Shown here in pieces: positions 47,801 through 58,166 of a stretch of 64,000 nucleotides of DNA. The notes beneath the pieces were generated by a model, which saw nothing but the letters and a program-made list of their open reading frames with translations, searched no databases and was not told where the DNA came from. Position 1 is the first letter of the stretch. The number at the start of each line of letters is the position of its first letter. The translations under genes were made by a program, and so were the position numbers. The stretch comes from Oopsacas minuta (Eukaryota; Animalia; Porifera): assembly GCA_024704765.1 (NCBI GenBank), contig JAKMXF010000362.1, positions 62,001-126,000 of the forward strand, in the 5' to 3' direction.

Positions 47801-48865
47801 ACACATCTCCCATATGTGTGTCTATATCCGTAGCATTGAGTGTGCTGTGTTTCAATGAAGGGCAATCTGCTCTTGCTGGTGTTCTGCTAGCTCTCGGGGT
47901 AAAACCGTATCTAAACTCAATCAAAGAGTTTGTCGCAGCTGATAGAGAAAGGTGTCGTGTGCGGGAAAGGTCAAGAACCGTGAAAAGTAAGGTTACCAGA
48001 CGTCAGCGTAAACTGGACAGTAAGAATAGAGAAAAGGAGAGACGTAAGAAGGATAGAGATGCTACTCGTATCCCATACCAGTCTGATAGATTTGGTATTG
48101 AAGTTGAAGGAGGCGAAATTACTGAGAAAATGAATAAAACTCATACAAAACAGCAAACGAAATCTAATACTACAGCTACTGATGCTTGTCCTTGTTCTAT
48201 TTCTACCATTACTACTACTGATGCTATCGTTGTTGAGAAAGAGAATATTTCTCAAGAGGTTATCCCGAAGGATAGTGATGATACTAACTGTGTAAAACAA
48301 AAGAGAGTAAAATCTTATAAGAACAAAGAAAAGTAAGACCTTTGAAGAAGCCAAAATTTGTGAAGCGAGCTAGGATTGTGTCTAATGCTTATTCTGATGG
48401 GGAGCTAGTGTTATCTGAGAGAGGAGAGAATGAGTTATTGCCAAAAAAGTTAAATTCTGTCAGGAAAAAGCAAAAGCAAAAACATGAAGAAAATGAAATC
48501 TCAGAAGCGAGCTAGGAATCTGTCAGACTCTGAGAATTCTGATGGAGGTCCGATATTATCTGAGAGAGATAACTCTGAAAGGAGAGAGCATGAGTTATTA
48601 TAGATAAAAGATAAATCCAGTAAAAATCGAGCTAGGAAGGTGTATTTTGAAGAATCTGGTGATGAGTCTGATAGTAACTCTTCGGGAACAGAGTGATGGG
48701 GCATATCAGAACTGTGACAGCAGGCTACCCACCAGACTGCTTGAAGGAGAGTGGCATTGGATTGGCTGCGAAATATGTGAGAATTGGTTCCATGATTCTT
48801 GTCTAGGCATTAATTTGAACGATTATGAACATAGAGACTTTATTTGTAACACATGTACTTCTTAA
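44820..48865 (+). mobile_element. Decayed Mutator-like (CxxH-type DDE) transposon coding region with a C-terminal PHD finger
   Basis: Fragments read FCSSCGH...SEVNVRALLG, IAVSFDGLWKQRGH (D at 46956), FIGDGDG, KEECVGHLQKR, SQNINESLHATIW and WIGCEICENWFHDSC...FICNTC. Many stops and frameshifts. No TIRs were found, so the limits are approximate. Confidence 0.8.
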
Positions 48866-49695
48866 AATTTAGTTATATATTTTTACTACAGTTTGTATTA
48901 TCCTATAATGTATAAGTTATTATAATAGAATACAATTTAAATATCTTCGTATTTAATATTGATTTCATAGACGTAGGTATATCTATATTATTAATTTTCA
49001 ATTTGTGTCTGTCTGTCCACGCTCCCATATAGAAAACATAGGACCAGTTCATAAAGTCCAGAACCAAATATTACACAGCATAACAACAACAAAACAAAAT
49101 TGTACTGAAGTAATCGAGTATGCTGATTCCGAATATGATATTGTGAACAACATATAAATATCAGATTCTCAACAAAACAAGAAAGCCCCGAATTGAACAT
49201 ATTTATAGTAGAATTTGTAATGATAAATGCAATTCTTCATGATCAAAGAAATATAATCAATGGCCTAGAATTATTTTGGCAATTCTTTGCTTAGCTTGCC
49301 GTGCACATAATAGGGCATGAGTCAGTTCAATTGTCATAGTGTATCAGAATACTAGGTGTGCTCTATAGCAAGGGTTCTGAAACTCTCATGGGCTATAGCA
49401 ACACTTTTTAGAAATGTATATTATGACCACGCCCAGGTCGACGTGATTAGTCAAGTTTGGTCATAGCATTTGGTCAAATTGGTTATGGGGCTTTAACCTT
49501 CTTCAACTTGAGTTACTTGATCAAAAGTTCATAAAATATCTCTGTGACCACAGGTTGAGAAAACTGCTCTATATGTAATTGAATAATATATGTTTCTCTT
49601 CTACTATTCTATCTATCTAATTTGATAGCTTCTGTACTTTAGGTAATTACCTTCTCTATACTCATTTAATTAGTATTAAATACACAATCTGGAGT

Positions 49696-50249
49696 ATGGA
49701 TAGTGTAATGGAGGTATGTTATTACTGATTATTGTCAAAACAGCAATTATGTTAATGTTTACAAATTTACTCGTTAACTAAATGGCGCTAATACTGTTGA
49801 ATTTGTTTGGCCTAGACAGGTCTGTTGTGACCGCGGTCTGGTTCGGACCGCCGCAACTCTATTCGTATCAAATTTACATTCACCAAATCTGCAATATTCT
49901 ATCTTTTGATTCACTCTAGGTCTGTGATATTTTGAGGATTATTCTTATAGTTTCTGCTTCAATCACTGGACTACTCCTAATCAGTTGCATTGTGTGTGCC
50001 TGTTCAGTATGTTGCTGTTTGGCAGTACTTGGATTTAGATCAGAAGGTGTGAAAGCGAATAGTTTTGCATCTTGTATTCAATCTCCTGACACTTCATCAG
50101 GTTCACCTTTTGCAATGTCTCAGAGTATGGGAGCTAAAGGTGAATGTAAAATTGTTGGATTAGTAATAGCCATTATGTTTAGTATAATAATCTTACTTGT
50201 TGTAATCGCTATTGTAGGTTGTATTATAAAATATTTTACTTCTTGTTAA
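49696..50249 (+). CDS. Putative small 2-TM Cys-rich protein; proposed exons 49696-49713 and 49920-50249 (115 aa)
   Basis: Two hydrophobic segments and a CIVCACSVCCC cluster. A donor GAG|GTATGT and an acceptor CTAG|GTC join in frame. Confidence 0.4.
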
Positions 50250-50566
50250 GTATTTTGATTTTAACAATTTTGTGAATTGAATAGTTTTTCACTTTTTCAT
50301 ATCTCTTATTTTATTCTATTAAATTATTATATTTTGAAAATATATTATCCTCTTGGAATATTCTTTATCTCAGTTTCTCAAGGCGTATGAAAATTGACTA
50401 TACTGTCATTTAGTAATCCAAAATGTATACTCAATGCAGTGTTCGGAAAAAACCGCCCTTTTTCTGGTGTGACCTTTTCTGACAAACACTGACTCTATGC
50501 TAGTGGCTCCCAAATTTTCAACCGTGGATAGGGTGCACAGTAGACTCTCGTTAATATGACAAACGA

Positions 50567-50710
50567 TTAACTTGTGAAAGAATAAGATTTACGATATAGT
50601 TTATATTTTGATAGTTTGCTGCTAGCGTATCGAGCAAAAAGGTTACAAATCTCCTCTCGTATAGTGCAATTTACTTAAAAATTAATTATATAATCAATAG
50701 CTTATACTTT
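50567..50710. repeat. Direct repeat copy 1 (about 145 bp)
   Basis: Colinear with 52979-53127, roughly 90% identical by eye. Confidence 0.85.
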
Positions 50711-50711
50711 A

Positions 50712-50973
50712 CTATAGGAAATTAACGCGAATGCTCCAATTCGCGTTAATTTCCTGCAATTTATACTATTTAGCAAATTTCTACAATGGATGGGCAAACT
50801 CCCAATTTACATGTTCTCCAATGCGTGACTGGTTTGAGAGGATACCATGTCTATCAAGTGGACTGGATTATTTCTTTTTATGTTTAGAAAATTGAATAAT
50901 TTCTTAATATTTATTCGCATAAAATAGTGTATATACAAATGTTCTCCCTATCAATCGCGTTAATTTCCTATAG
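50712..50973. mobile_element. Tc1/pogo-type MITE with TA TSD
   Basis: TA|CTATAGGAAATTAACGCGA...TCGCGTTAATTTCCTATAG|TA (19-bp perfect TIR), plus an internal 17-bp hairpin at the left end. Confidence 0.85.
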
Positions 50974-50985
50974 TAAGGTACTTTG

Positions 50986-51297
50986 ATGTCTGAGACAATT
51001 GATAAAATTGTTAATTTCTGTATTCGCGATCAGAAACTTGGCTGTCTCGGTGGTTACAATCCTAGTCTCCTAACTCAAGAGCTCTCCCTTATAGAATCAG
51101 AAACATTATCCTGTACTGAATGGGAAGGCATATTACGAGATCCACAACACCTTGGCAACGGTTATAGGTGTAAGGAATGCATGATGGATGGTGAGAAAGG
51201 TAAACTTGACGAGACGAAAAGTAGACTAATCGGGAAATTATCAGCAAAATGTCCGTTTAAAGAAGATGGCTGTGAATGGGAAGGAACCGTGGTCTAA
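50986..51297 (+). pseudogene. Truncated TRAF-like fragment (degenerate RING and first zinc finger only)
   Basis: GGYNPSLLTQEL...LSC-x2-WEGILRDP...CKEC...KCPFKEDGCEWEG, then a stop. No continuation was found. Confidence 0.7.
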
Positions 51298-51349
51298 TTA
51301 AGATAATGAATTTTACTGGCTAGATCTTATTAATATTTCTAGAAAATCA

Positions 51350-52631
51350 TTAATTCAAAATTAATAATATTTCACGAGTTCGTTGACTAAAAATGTGTAA
51401 CCCAAAATTAGTACCTAAAGAACTACAAATAATCTTGTTACTGTTGGTTACTACTATTCCGTTAGGGACAATTCTCTTGTCATCATCTTGTGTATCTCCC
51501 AGTGTGTGAAGTAGATCTCCATCTAGAGAGAATACTTTGATATTTCTATCTATTACGTCTCCGATCTGAATGTTCTGTTTCTCATCGAAACAGAATGTGT
51601 TTGGTCCTTCATCTTGTGCATTACCCTGCTCACTACATGTGATAAAAGAGCGTAGCTTCTCACCAGCTGGAGAGAACACGTGTAGACACGGGTTGTCAGT
51701 ACTACTCAAGACATACAATGAACCCATCAAGTAGTTTAACATCTTGTGGCTCTGTCATGGTGTAATGTGTGATGTAATGTTGGTGTTTTAGGTAAACTTT
51801 CATCACTGCTATCCTGTGGTTATTTTTATCTGCTACGAACACAGATCCATCAGTTGATACAGCGAGGCCATATGGATGATTAAACTCTCCTACACCATTT
51901 CCCTTCTTACCTACTTTAGTTACCAAATAGAAGTCTGGTAACTTAGAATGATATATATATATGGAATCGGACAAGAAATCACTGACGTATACATCCTCCC
52001 CACTCATATCCATGTCTCCTGGAAACATAAACATTCCCTTACACACTGTTTTAATGAATTCTCCTGTAACAGAGAATACACTTATACTACATAGAATATA
52101 ACCATGTAGTAGGTAGATGAGTTGTGTGTTCTCATCGAATACTACTCCAAAAGCATATTTAAGTTCTCCCTCATCTGTTCCTTCCTTCCCGACAGATATG
52201 CTAGGTTGTTGAAGAGCTGAGTAGTTTGGTGTCTGGATGATATCCCTCTCTATCAGCTGACCTAACACAGAGATATTCTTCTCTATCTGTTGTGCATCGT
52301 ACTGAAACAGCACCTCTGTCTCCCTCACAGTAACCTGCAGCTCTCTCATCTTATCGTCCATCTCCTCAATCATCCTCTCTCTCATGGAGTGGAGTATATT
52401 CTCTTCTATCTGGGATTGTAGATTTGCTTTCGATTCCTGGAGCTGACGAATAGTTTGTTCACGTCCACTTGTCGTAGCCCTTCTCCCTTCCCGTTTCTCT
52501 CGGAACTCTCTAATTAGCTCAACCCGTCTTGTGTTGAGACAGAGTACCAGCTGATCAAACAGTTGATTGATACGTGCCTCTGTCGGGTCCATGACTATGG
52601 GAGCTTCAATTTCTGGATAACGTTCAGCCAT
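51350..52631 (-). pseudogene. Coiled-coil/NHL protein interrupted by a 1-bp frameshift (or an assembly error)
   Basis: ORFs 51702-52631 and 51350-51742 join into ...VKLLDGSLYVLSSTDNPCLHVF if one C of CCC at 51723-51725 is removed. NHL motif HPYGLAVSTDGSVFVADKNNHRI. Confidence 0.8.
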
Positions 52632-52978
52632 AGTTGAGTAAATCTCTTGATATTAGTTTATAATTACTTAAACAGATAGAATATCATTACTTATAGGACA
52701 GGACAGCTTATAGCTAGTACAGTCTCTTGTGTAATAGCATTTGTGTCTATTAAGCAGTTTCTAAGAAATATTATCTGTCTTTTGTAACAAAGTTCTCCCG
52801 CGAGATTCAAACTCGTGTTTGTTTGTTGTTAAGTTCATTCATAGAATTTAATATTATTTGTAATAGCTTACCAATTTGTGAATAATTTTAATTATTATTC
52901 CTTCCTCATTTACCTCCTGTCTACCTCGAGGTGTCTTTACATTAATTAATTCGTTACGACAAATTAATTATGAGATAG

Positions 52979-53127
52979 TTAACTTGTGAAAGATTAAGAG
53001 TTTTCTTACGATATCGGTTATATTTTTGATAGTTTGCTGCTAGCGTATCGAGCAAAAGGTTGCAAATCTCCTCTCATATAGTGCGATTTACTTAAAAATT
53101 AATTATATAATCGATAGCTTATACTTT
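52979..53127. repeat. Direct repeat copy 2
   Basis: Matches 50567-50710. Confidence 0.85.
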
Positions 53128-53541
53128 AATACGAACTCCAGATAAAGCGAACAAGTTTTGACCGTCCATTGCACTGTATGTATCTCTAGGTTTCCAATTT
53201 GTAAGCAGTGATAATTTTCCTGATTGTTGGAAGTTGTCACAAGGTTATAGGGGATGGAAACCAAAATATTATTTCACTACAACTTCTTAGAATCATCAAC
53301 TTTCTTAAATACTGTGACTATAGGCGTCGATCCTGATGTGGCCAAACTATCATGGCCCCCTTTCAGGTTTTGGGCCATCAGACGGGGATTATGTTTGTGA
53401 GGGTCGGGGGCAATTATGTCATTCACTGAAATTGTTAATTAAATTTCAGCTAAGCTATAATCTTATTATTTATTTGCAATTATTGTCTGTCTGTTGATTC
53501 GTTGTCAAGGAATGTGGATTTGGAATGTTATTTCGAATGTA

Positions 53542-53676
53542 CAGTAGAACTCGGATAAGACGTACCCCTCGGGAAACAGAAATTAGTACGTCTTATCCGA
53601 ATATGTTTGCATTACAAATAATGATGACTTATATTTTGGGATGTAAGAAATAGTACGTCTTATCCGAGTTCTACTG
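53542..53676. mobile_element. Tigger-type MITE, 135 bp
   Basis: Perfect 24-bp TIR CAGTAGAACTCGGATAAGACGTAC with TA on both sides, and a third internal partial copy. Confidence 0.92.
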
Positions 53677-53928
53677 TATATCCAAAAGCAAGTGAACCCT
53701 TATTAAACTTCCACACAGAGCACTATTGCTTGTATAGGATCTCTACTTTAGGGGAGGAATTACAATATTTTGTAGATTTAACTGTGGAGAGTATTTAGGA
53801 GATTTAATAGCATTTCCTTTTGGAAACTATTTCACTGTCTTTAATAATTAGATACGCCTGATATTTGATAATGCACTATTGCTTGTAAGTTTTGTGATTC
53901 AAAAGAAGGATAGCGCTTGTTGCAGAGA

Positions 53929-54011
53929 AAGCAGAAGCAGGATTCGAACCTACGTGTAATAAATACTATTGTTCTTGAGACAATCACCTTAGACCACTTG
54001 GTTATTCTGAA
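53929..54011 (-). tRNA. tRNA-Leu(CAA)-like gene or pseudogene, 83 nt
   Basis: D stem ACC/GGT with TGG, anticodon stem ATTGT/ACAAT around loop CTCAAGA, long variable arm, T stem GTAGG/CCTGC with TTCGAAT. Only 5 of 7 acceptor pairs form. Confidence 0.7.
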
Positions 54012-54187
54012 GTAGCAACAAGCTAAGCCTCCTTATTTGACTATTCTACACAAAGATTATATATACTGCACTCGATATGCTCTTATAATATTATGGTTGC
54101 TTTTAATGTATTCAATTAATATACATTTTGGTTGAAAATTGATACATTGAATGCCGATTATAAGAACATCGTCGGGAACTGGACATA

Positions 54188-54255
54188 ATGTTCTCGTAAC
54201 CGGTATGTTCTCATAACCGGTATGTTCTTATAACCGGTATGTTCTTATAGCCGGT
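54188..54255. repeat. Tandem repeat, 17 bp x4
   Basis: ATGTTCT(C/T)(G/A)TA(A/G)CCGGT repeated four times; an inverted partial copy ATAAGAACAT lies just upstream. Confidence 0.95.
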
Positions 54256-57003
54256 ATGTAGTATATAGTAGATGTTGGTTATGAAAACACTTCATTTAAA
54301 CACATTTGGGTGTAGAAACCATATTAAAGAAAAAGAAAAAATTCAATGGAGTAGAATACAAAAGATTCAGTAATTCAAGTTGTGGTTCTTATATCCAGCA
54401 CCTACACTTGCATGAAATTGGTTATAATGACTAATTACAAGAGATTAGAATAGTAGGATTGGATTGACGAATTATAATTTGGATGCACCATTACTTGGCA
54501 AATGAATTCAATTATTTTGGCAAACAAAGCAATTAATTTGACAAATGGTTAAAATTATGCGCCCTATATATTGGTATCATTTCTACATTTCCCTTTGTAG
54601 AGTGTGGATTCATATACTCAGACACATCGGGTACTTCACTACATCCACATATCCGTCCTCAGGCGTTGCGCCTTCTCAGCTTTAATCCAGCTATAATTGA
54701 ATTTTTAGTTCAGTTGCCAAAATAATTGAATTCAGTTGGCTAGATAATATTAGATTCATTATAATTTGCCTATATCCCTAGAGTAGAACTCGGACAAAAA
54801 ACATACTATCTGTTCAGAGGTTATCTAGGAAATTCTTGCCTTTTCTTGCAGGGACTCAAATGGGCATATATTAAAAATCCTTATTCGACGCGTCGCTCTA
54901 TTCTCTCTATATTAGTTGCTACCTGCCTGGATGTTGTTTTCGGGCATTTTGAGACGCTAGTCGCATGTTTGGAGGGGAGGATATCTAAACTACCTTAGAA
55001 ATCCATATTCGACTGTAGAATAAGAGTTAGGCAACGCATCGCATAAGGTTTTTTAATGCCTCAAATAGGATGGCACAATTATGAAAGGGTAACATATTGA
55101 TCCTATACTAATTGAGCCTCATGGTGCACTTTGTGTAATTCATAATCCTGGATGCTGAATTGGCACTTTTAGATGCTCGCCAAGCACATCGATAAACCCC
55201 TGACTCTGTTAATAAGTATTTATTCTTTCAAATCAAAAAATTAGTTCTCATTCATTTTATTAATATCTATCTGGACATGGCGGAAACATTGAAATTGCTA
55301 GGCAAGGCCTGATATTGCTGGGCAACTAGATGTACAAATAGACTGTACAATGTATTCCAAGTAGATATTGAAATGAGCTTTTACCCAGGAATTTGGTAGT
55401 CTGTGCCTTATAATACCAGTCCTGCAGCAATCAGAGATAGACTGCGGGACCATCGGACCTAATTAGGTACCAAGTCCGCGAACAGTGAATTTCGGCTGTA
55501 AAAGTACTCGGAGTCTGAGACAGCAAGATTAGAACAAAACAGTGCAGCCCAGAAATTCCTGGATAAGCCTATGTAATCAATATGTTATTATCTAACTTTT
55601 GTTTCCGATATTAATTATCTTATTCTGTGTATATAATATACGTTACAACAGTAAATATAGGATTATGTCTTTCTTCTGTGTTCCTCTTCTTCTGGATATG
55701 AGTTCAATTAGTTGAATTGTTTCTCATAAATTGGAGAGGTAGCGGCTAACAGTATTTTTCGGTATTACATTCCCCACAATCTCTAACATAATATATCTAT
55801 ATTATTAAATCTTAACTGTTGTTTGTTTGTTTGTTTGTCCGTTGTCAAGGAAAGGATTACGGTATGCAATTTTGAAATTGTCGCATCACTATGTATTTAT
55901 CGTGTTTATAAAGGAAGTAAATAGAATTCAATAAAACTTCACTAAATATATCGAATATGATGAATCCGATTTTCACACTTTTGGATTAATCATATGTAAA
56001 TGTATTGTTGTTTTTATGAATATAAAGTAAACAAATAAGCAAAATCTCTCAATTTACGTAGATACTTGCCCTATACGGCTACAAAGGGTGTTGATCTTAC
56101 AAAATAACTCAATAACTTATATGTCATATATCTATTTTATAATACTCAAAGGGGGCCTTCAATTTGGAGAATAATGGATACATCGAGGCGTAATGCGCCG
56201 AGTTCATCGCGAAGCGACGAGCAAAAGGCTCGCATTCTGTAAATCATAATTTAATCTCCAGTTCTCTGTACTACGTGAGCCATGGGATCTACAAGTATAC
56301 TGTTACACGCAATAGATACAACACTCATTAGAATAGTACTATTCTGTTATTATATAGCCTTTGTAACTATTTCATATTGGATTTCATTGAAATTAGTGAA
56401 TAACAAATTTGTGTTAATTATTCACACGTCATTACAATTCAGCCATTGAGGAATAAAATTTGTTATTCATACATGATTTCTTTTGTTAATCTAATTAAAC
56501 GTAAAATGTATCCAAATTCCTTCTTATGAGGACAGATTGTAAATTACACTAAATATTCAATTTACCAAATAGATACTCCAACCTTTAATATTTGTTAAAT
56601 TATATTAACACCTTGTTATGCAATAATTGCCAGTTACCAACTGTTTGAAAATGTTTATATGTAAGACAGGATTGAAGAATATTTGCTAAAAAGCTTTGAG
56701 ATCAGTTTTAAGTGGAACAAACAAGTTAGTGCTTCTCCTAATGTGGATTATAATCAATAAACAAATTGAATTACTGATATTAATCTATCTAACAGTTGCT
56801 GAGTGACGTATGTACGTTACAGTATATATTTAACTAATTCAATTTATTATTGATTATGTTGGAACTGAAACTCCTTTGAATTTTGTAGTAAATGCTCACA
56901 ATTAATTTCTCAAAATTACGTTGTATCATTCCCTCCATCTATGAAAGAGATCATAAATTAGAAATTTATTAAGAATACAAATACTAAATAGAAATATACT
57001 ACA

Positions 57004-57621
57004 ATGTGTGCTTACAACATGAAACAGGCGGGCAATATGATTGACCCTTTATCATTTCAGATAACTCCTCCCAATTATTATCCTCCGAACTACTATGACC
57101 AACTACCTCAGTTAAGCCCTTCCCCTAGCCATCCACCTTCAGTCTTGATATCGCCTCAACCTATTCATACTTCCCCCAATGAGTTATACCTCAAATCATT
57201 CGGTATTGCCATTACACAACATGAAGCTGATACAATGTACCTTTTGAGTAAGTGTCTAGAATCGGAATTAATATTAAATCAAAATTGGAAAATACTCTTT
57301 CTTAAGCGCAGCTTCTTAAAATTTGTTGATAAAGACAAAGTTGCATATGAAATTTCAGGGAAAGAATTAAATAGAATTTTATCATCCAGCTTCTTCACTG
57401 CTAGCGAACAGAAAACAATCAGAAAGATGCGCTACCAAGGCCGAAACAATATGGCTGCAAAACGAATGCGTGATAAGAAAAAGGAGAGTGATGAAGAAGA
57501 TAAATTAGATATTGTGAACATGCAAAGAGAGAAACTAAAGTTGGAAAATGAGAAAGAACAGATGATTAAAGAAATAGAGCAATATAAACAGCTATTTAAT
57601 AATCCACAAAATCAAAACTAA
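57004..57621 (+). CDS. CNC/Maf-like bZIP transcription factor
   Basis: EISGKELNRIL...IRKMRYQGRNNMAAKRMRDKK parallels the CNC pattern [21 protein letters not shown], followed by a heptad zipper. Confidence 0.78.
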   Translation: MCAYNMKQAGNMIDPLSFQITPPNYYPPNYYDQLPQLSPSPSHPPSVLISPQPIHTSPNELYLKSFGIAITQHEADTMYLLSKCLESELILNQNWKILFLKRSFLKFVDKDKVAYEISGKELNRILSSSFFTASEQKTIRKMRYQGRNNMAAKRMRDKKKESDEEDKLDIVNMQREKLKLENEKEQMIKEIEQYKQLFNNPQNQN

Positions 57622-57902
57622 TCTTAAAGTTAAGGAAATGACTTTTAATGTCGATTTTTCCATTTTTATTTATTTTCAATTTAATATAATAAATTCAATA
57701 CAGTGCTTTAATTTATAATTTGTTAATGTTTGTATAATTCAGTCCTTAAAATGAAACTTAGAAGTAGAATCTTTACAAACTTCAAATTATGTTACAACAA
57801 AATATAACTTTTCATTTGTTAAGAAAAAGTTTTACTTTAAGACCATTTAGCTTGAGTGAATTGTATCTTACTAAAACTTCAGCTATTACTTCTTGTTGAA
57901 AC

Positions 57903-58166
57903 ATGTCTGTTAAAGATCCAGCGAGACTAAATTGGGCAAATGATATATCGTGTACAGACAAGAATGTTGTTATCGCTCTTGGTGGTAAACACAGAATTGT
58001 ACTTCTGTCTAGGTCTGAGAAGTACTGTTGGTCTATTCACTATCATTTATTATCTCATCCTCATGGATTGGTACTCCGATATCCCATTACTGGTCAACTG
58101 ATGGTTTCCAACTGGAATAACCATCTTGTTATCACCTTTACTACGGTAAATACAACATTTCTATGA
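57903..58166 (+). pseudogene. NHL-like fragment
   Basis: NDISCTDKNVVIALGGKHRIV...HPHGLV...LMVSNWNNH resembles two NHL blades. Confidence 0.45.

Noticed and set aside
7436-53340. Isolated GC-rich transposon-like ends (7436, 18314-18436, 25066-25245, 38762, 42840, 53322)
   Set aside because: They are probably MITE remnants, but paired TIRs with a TSD could not be established.
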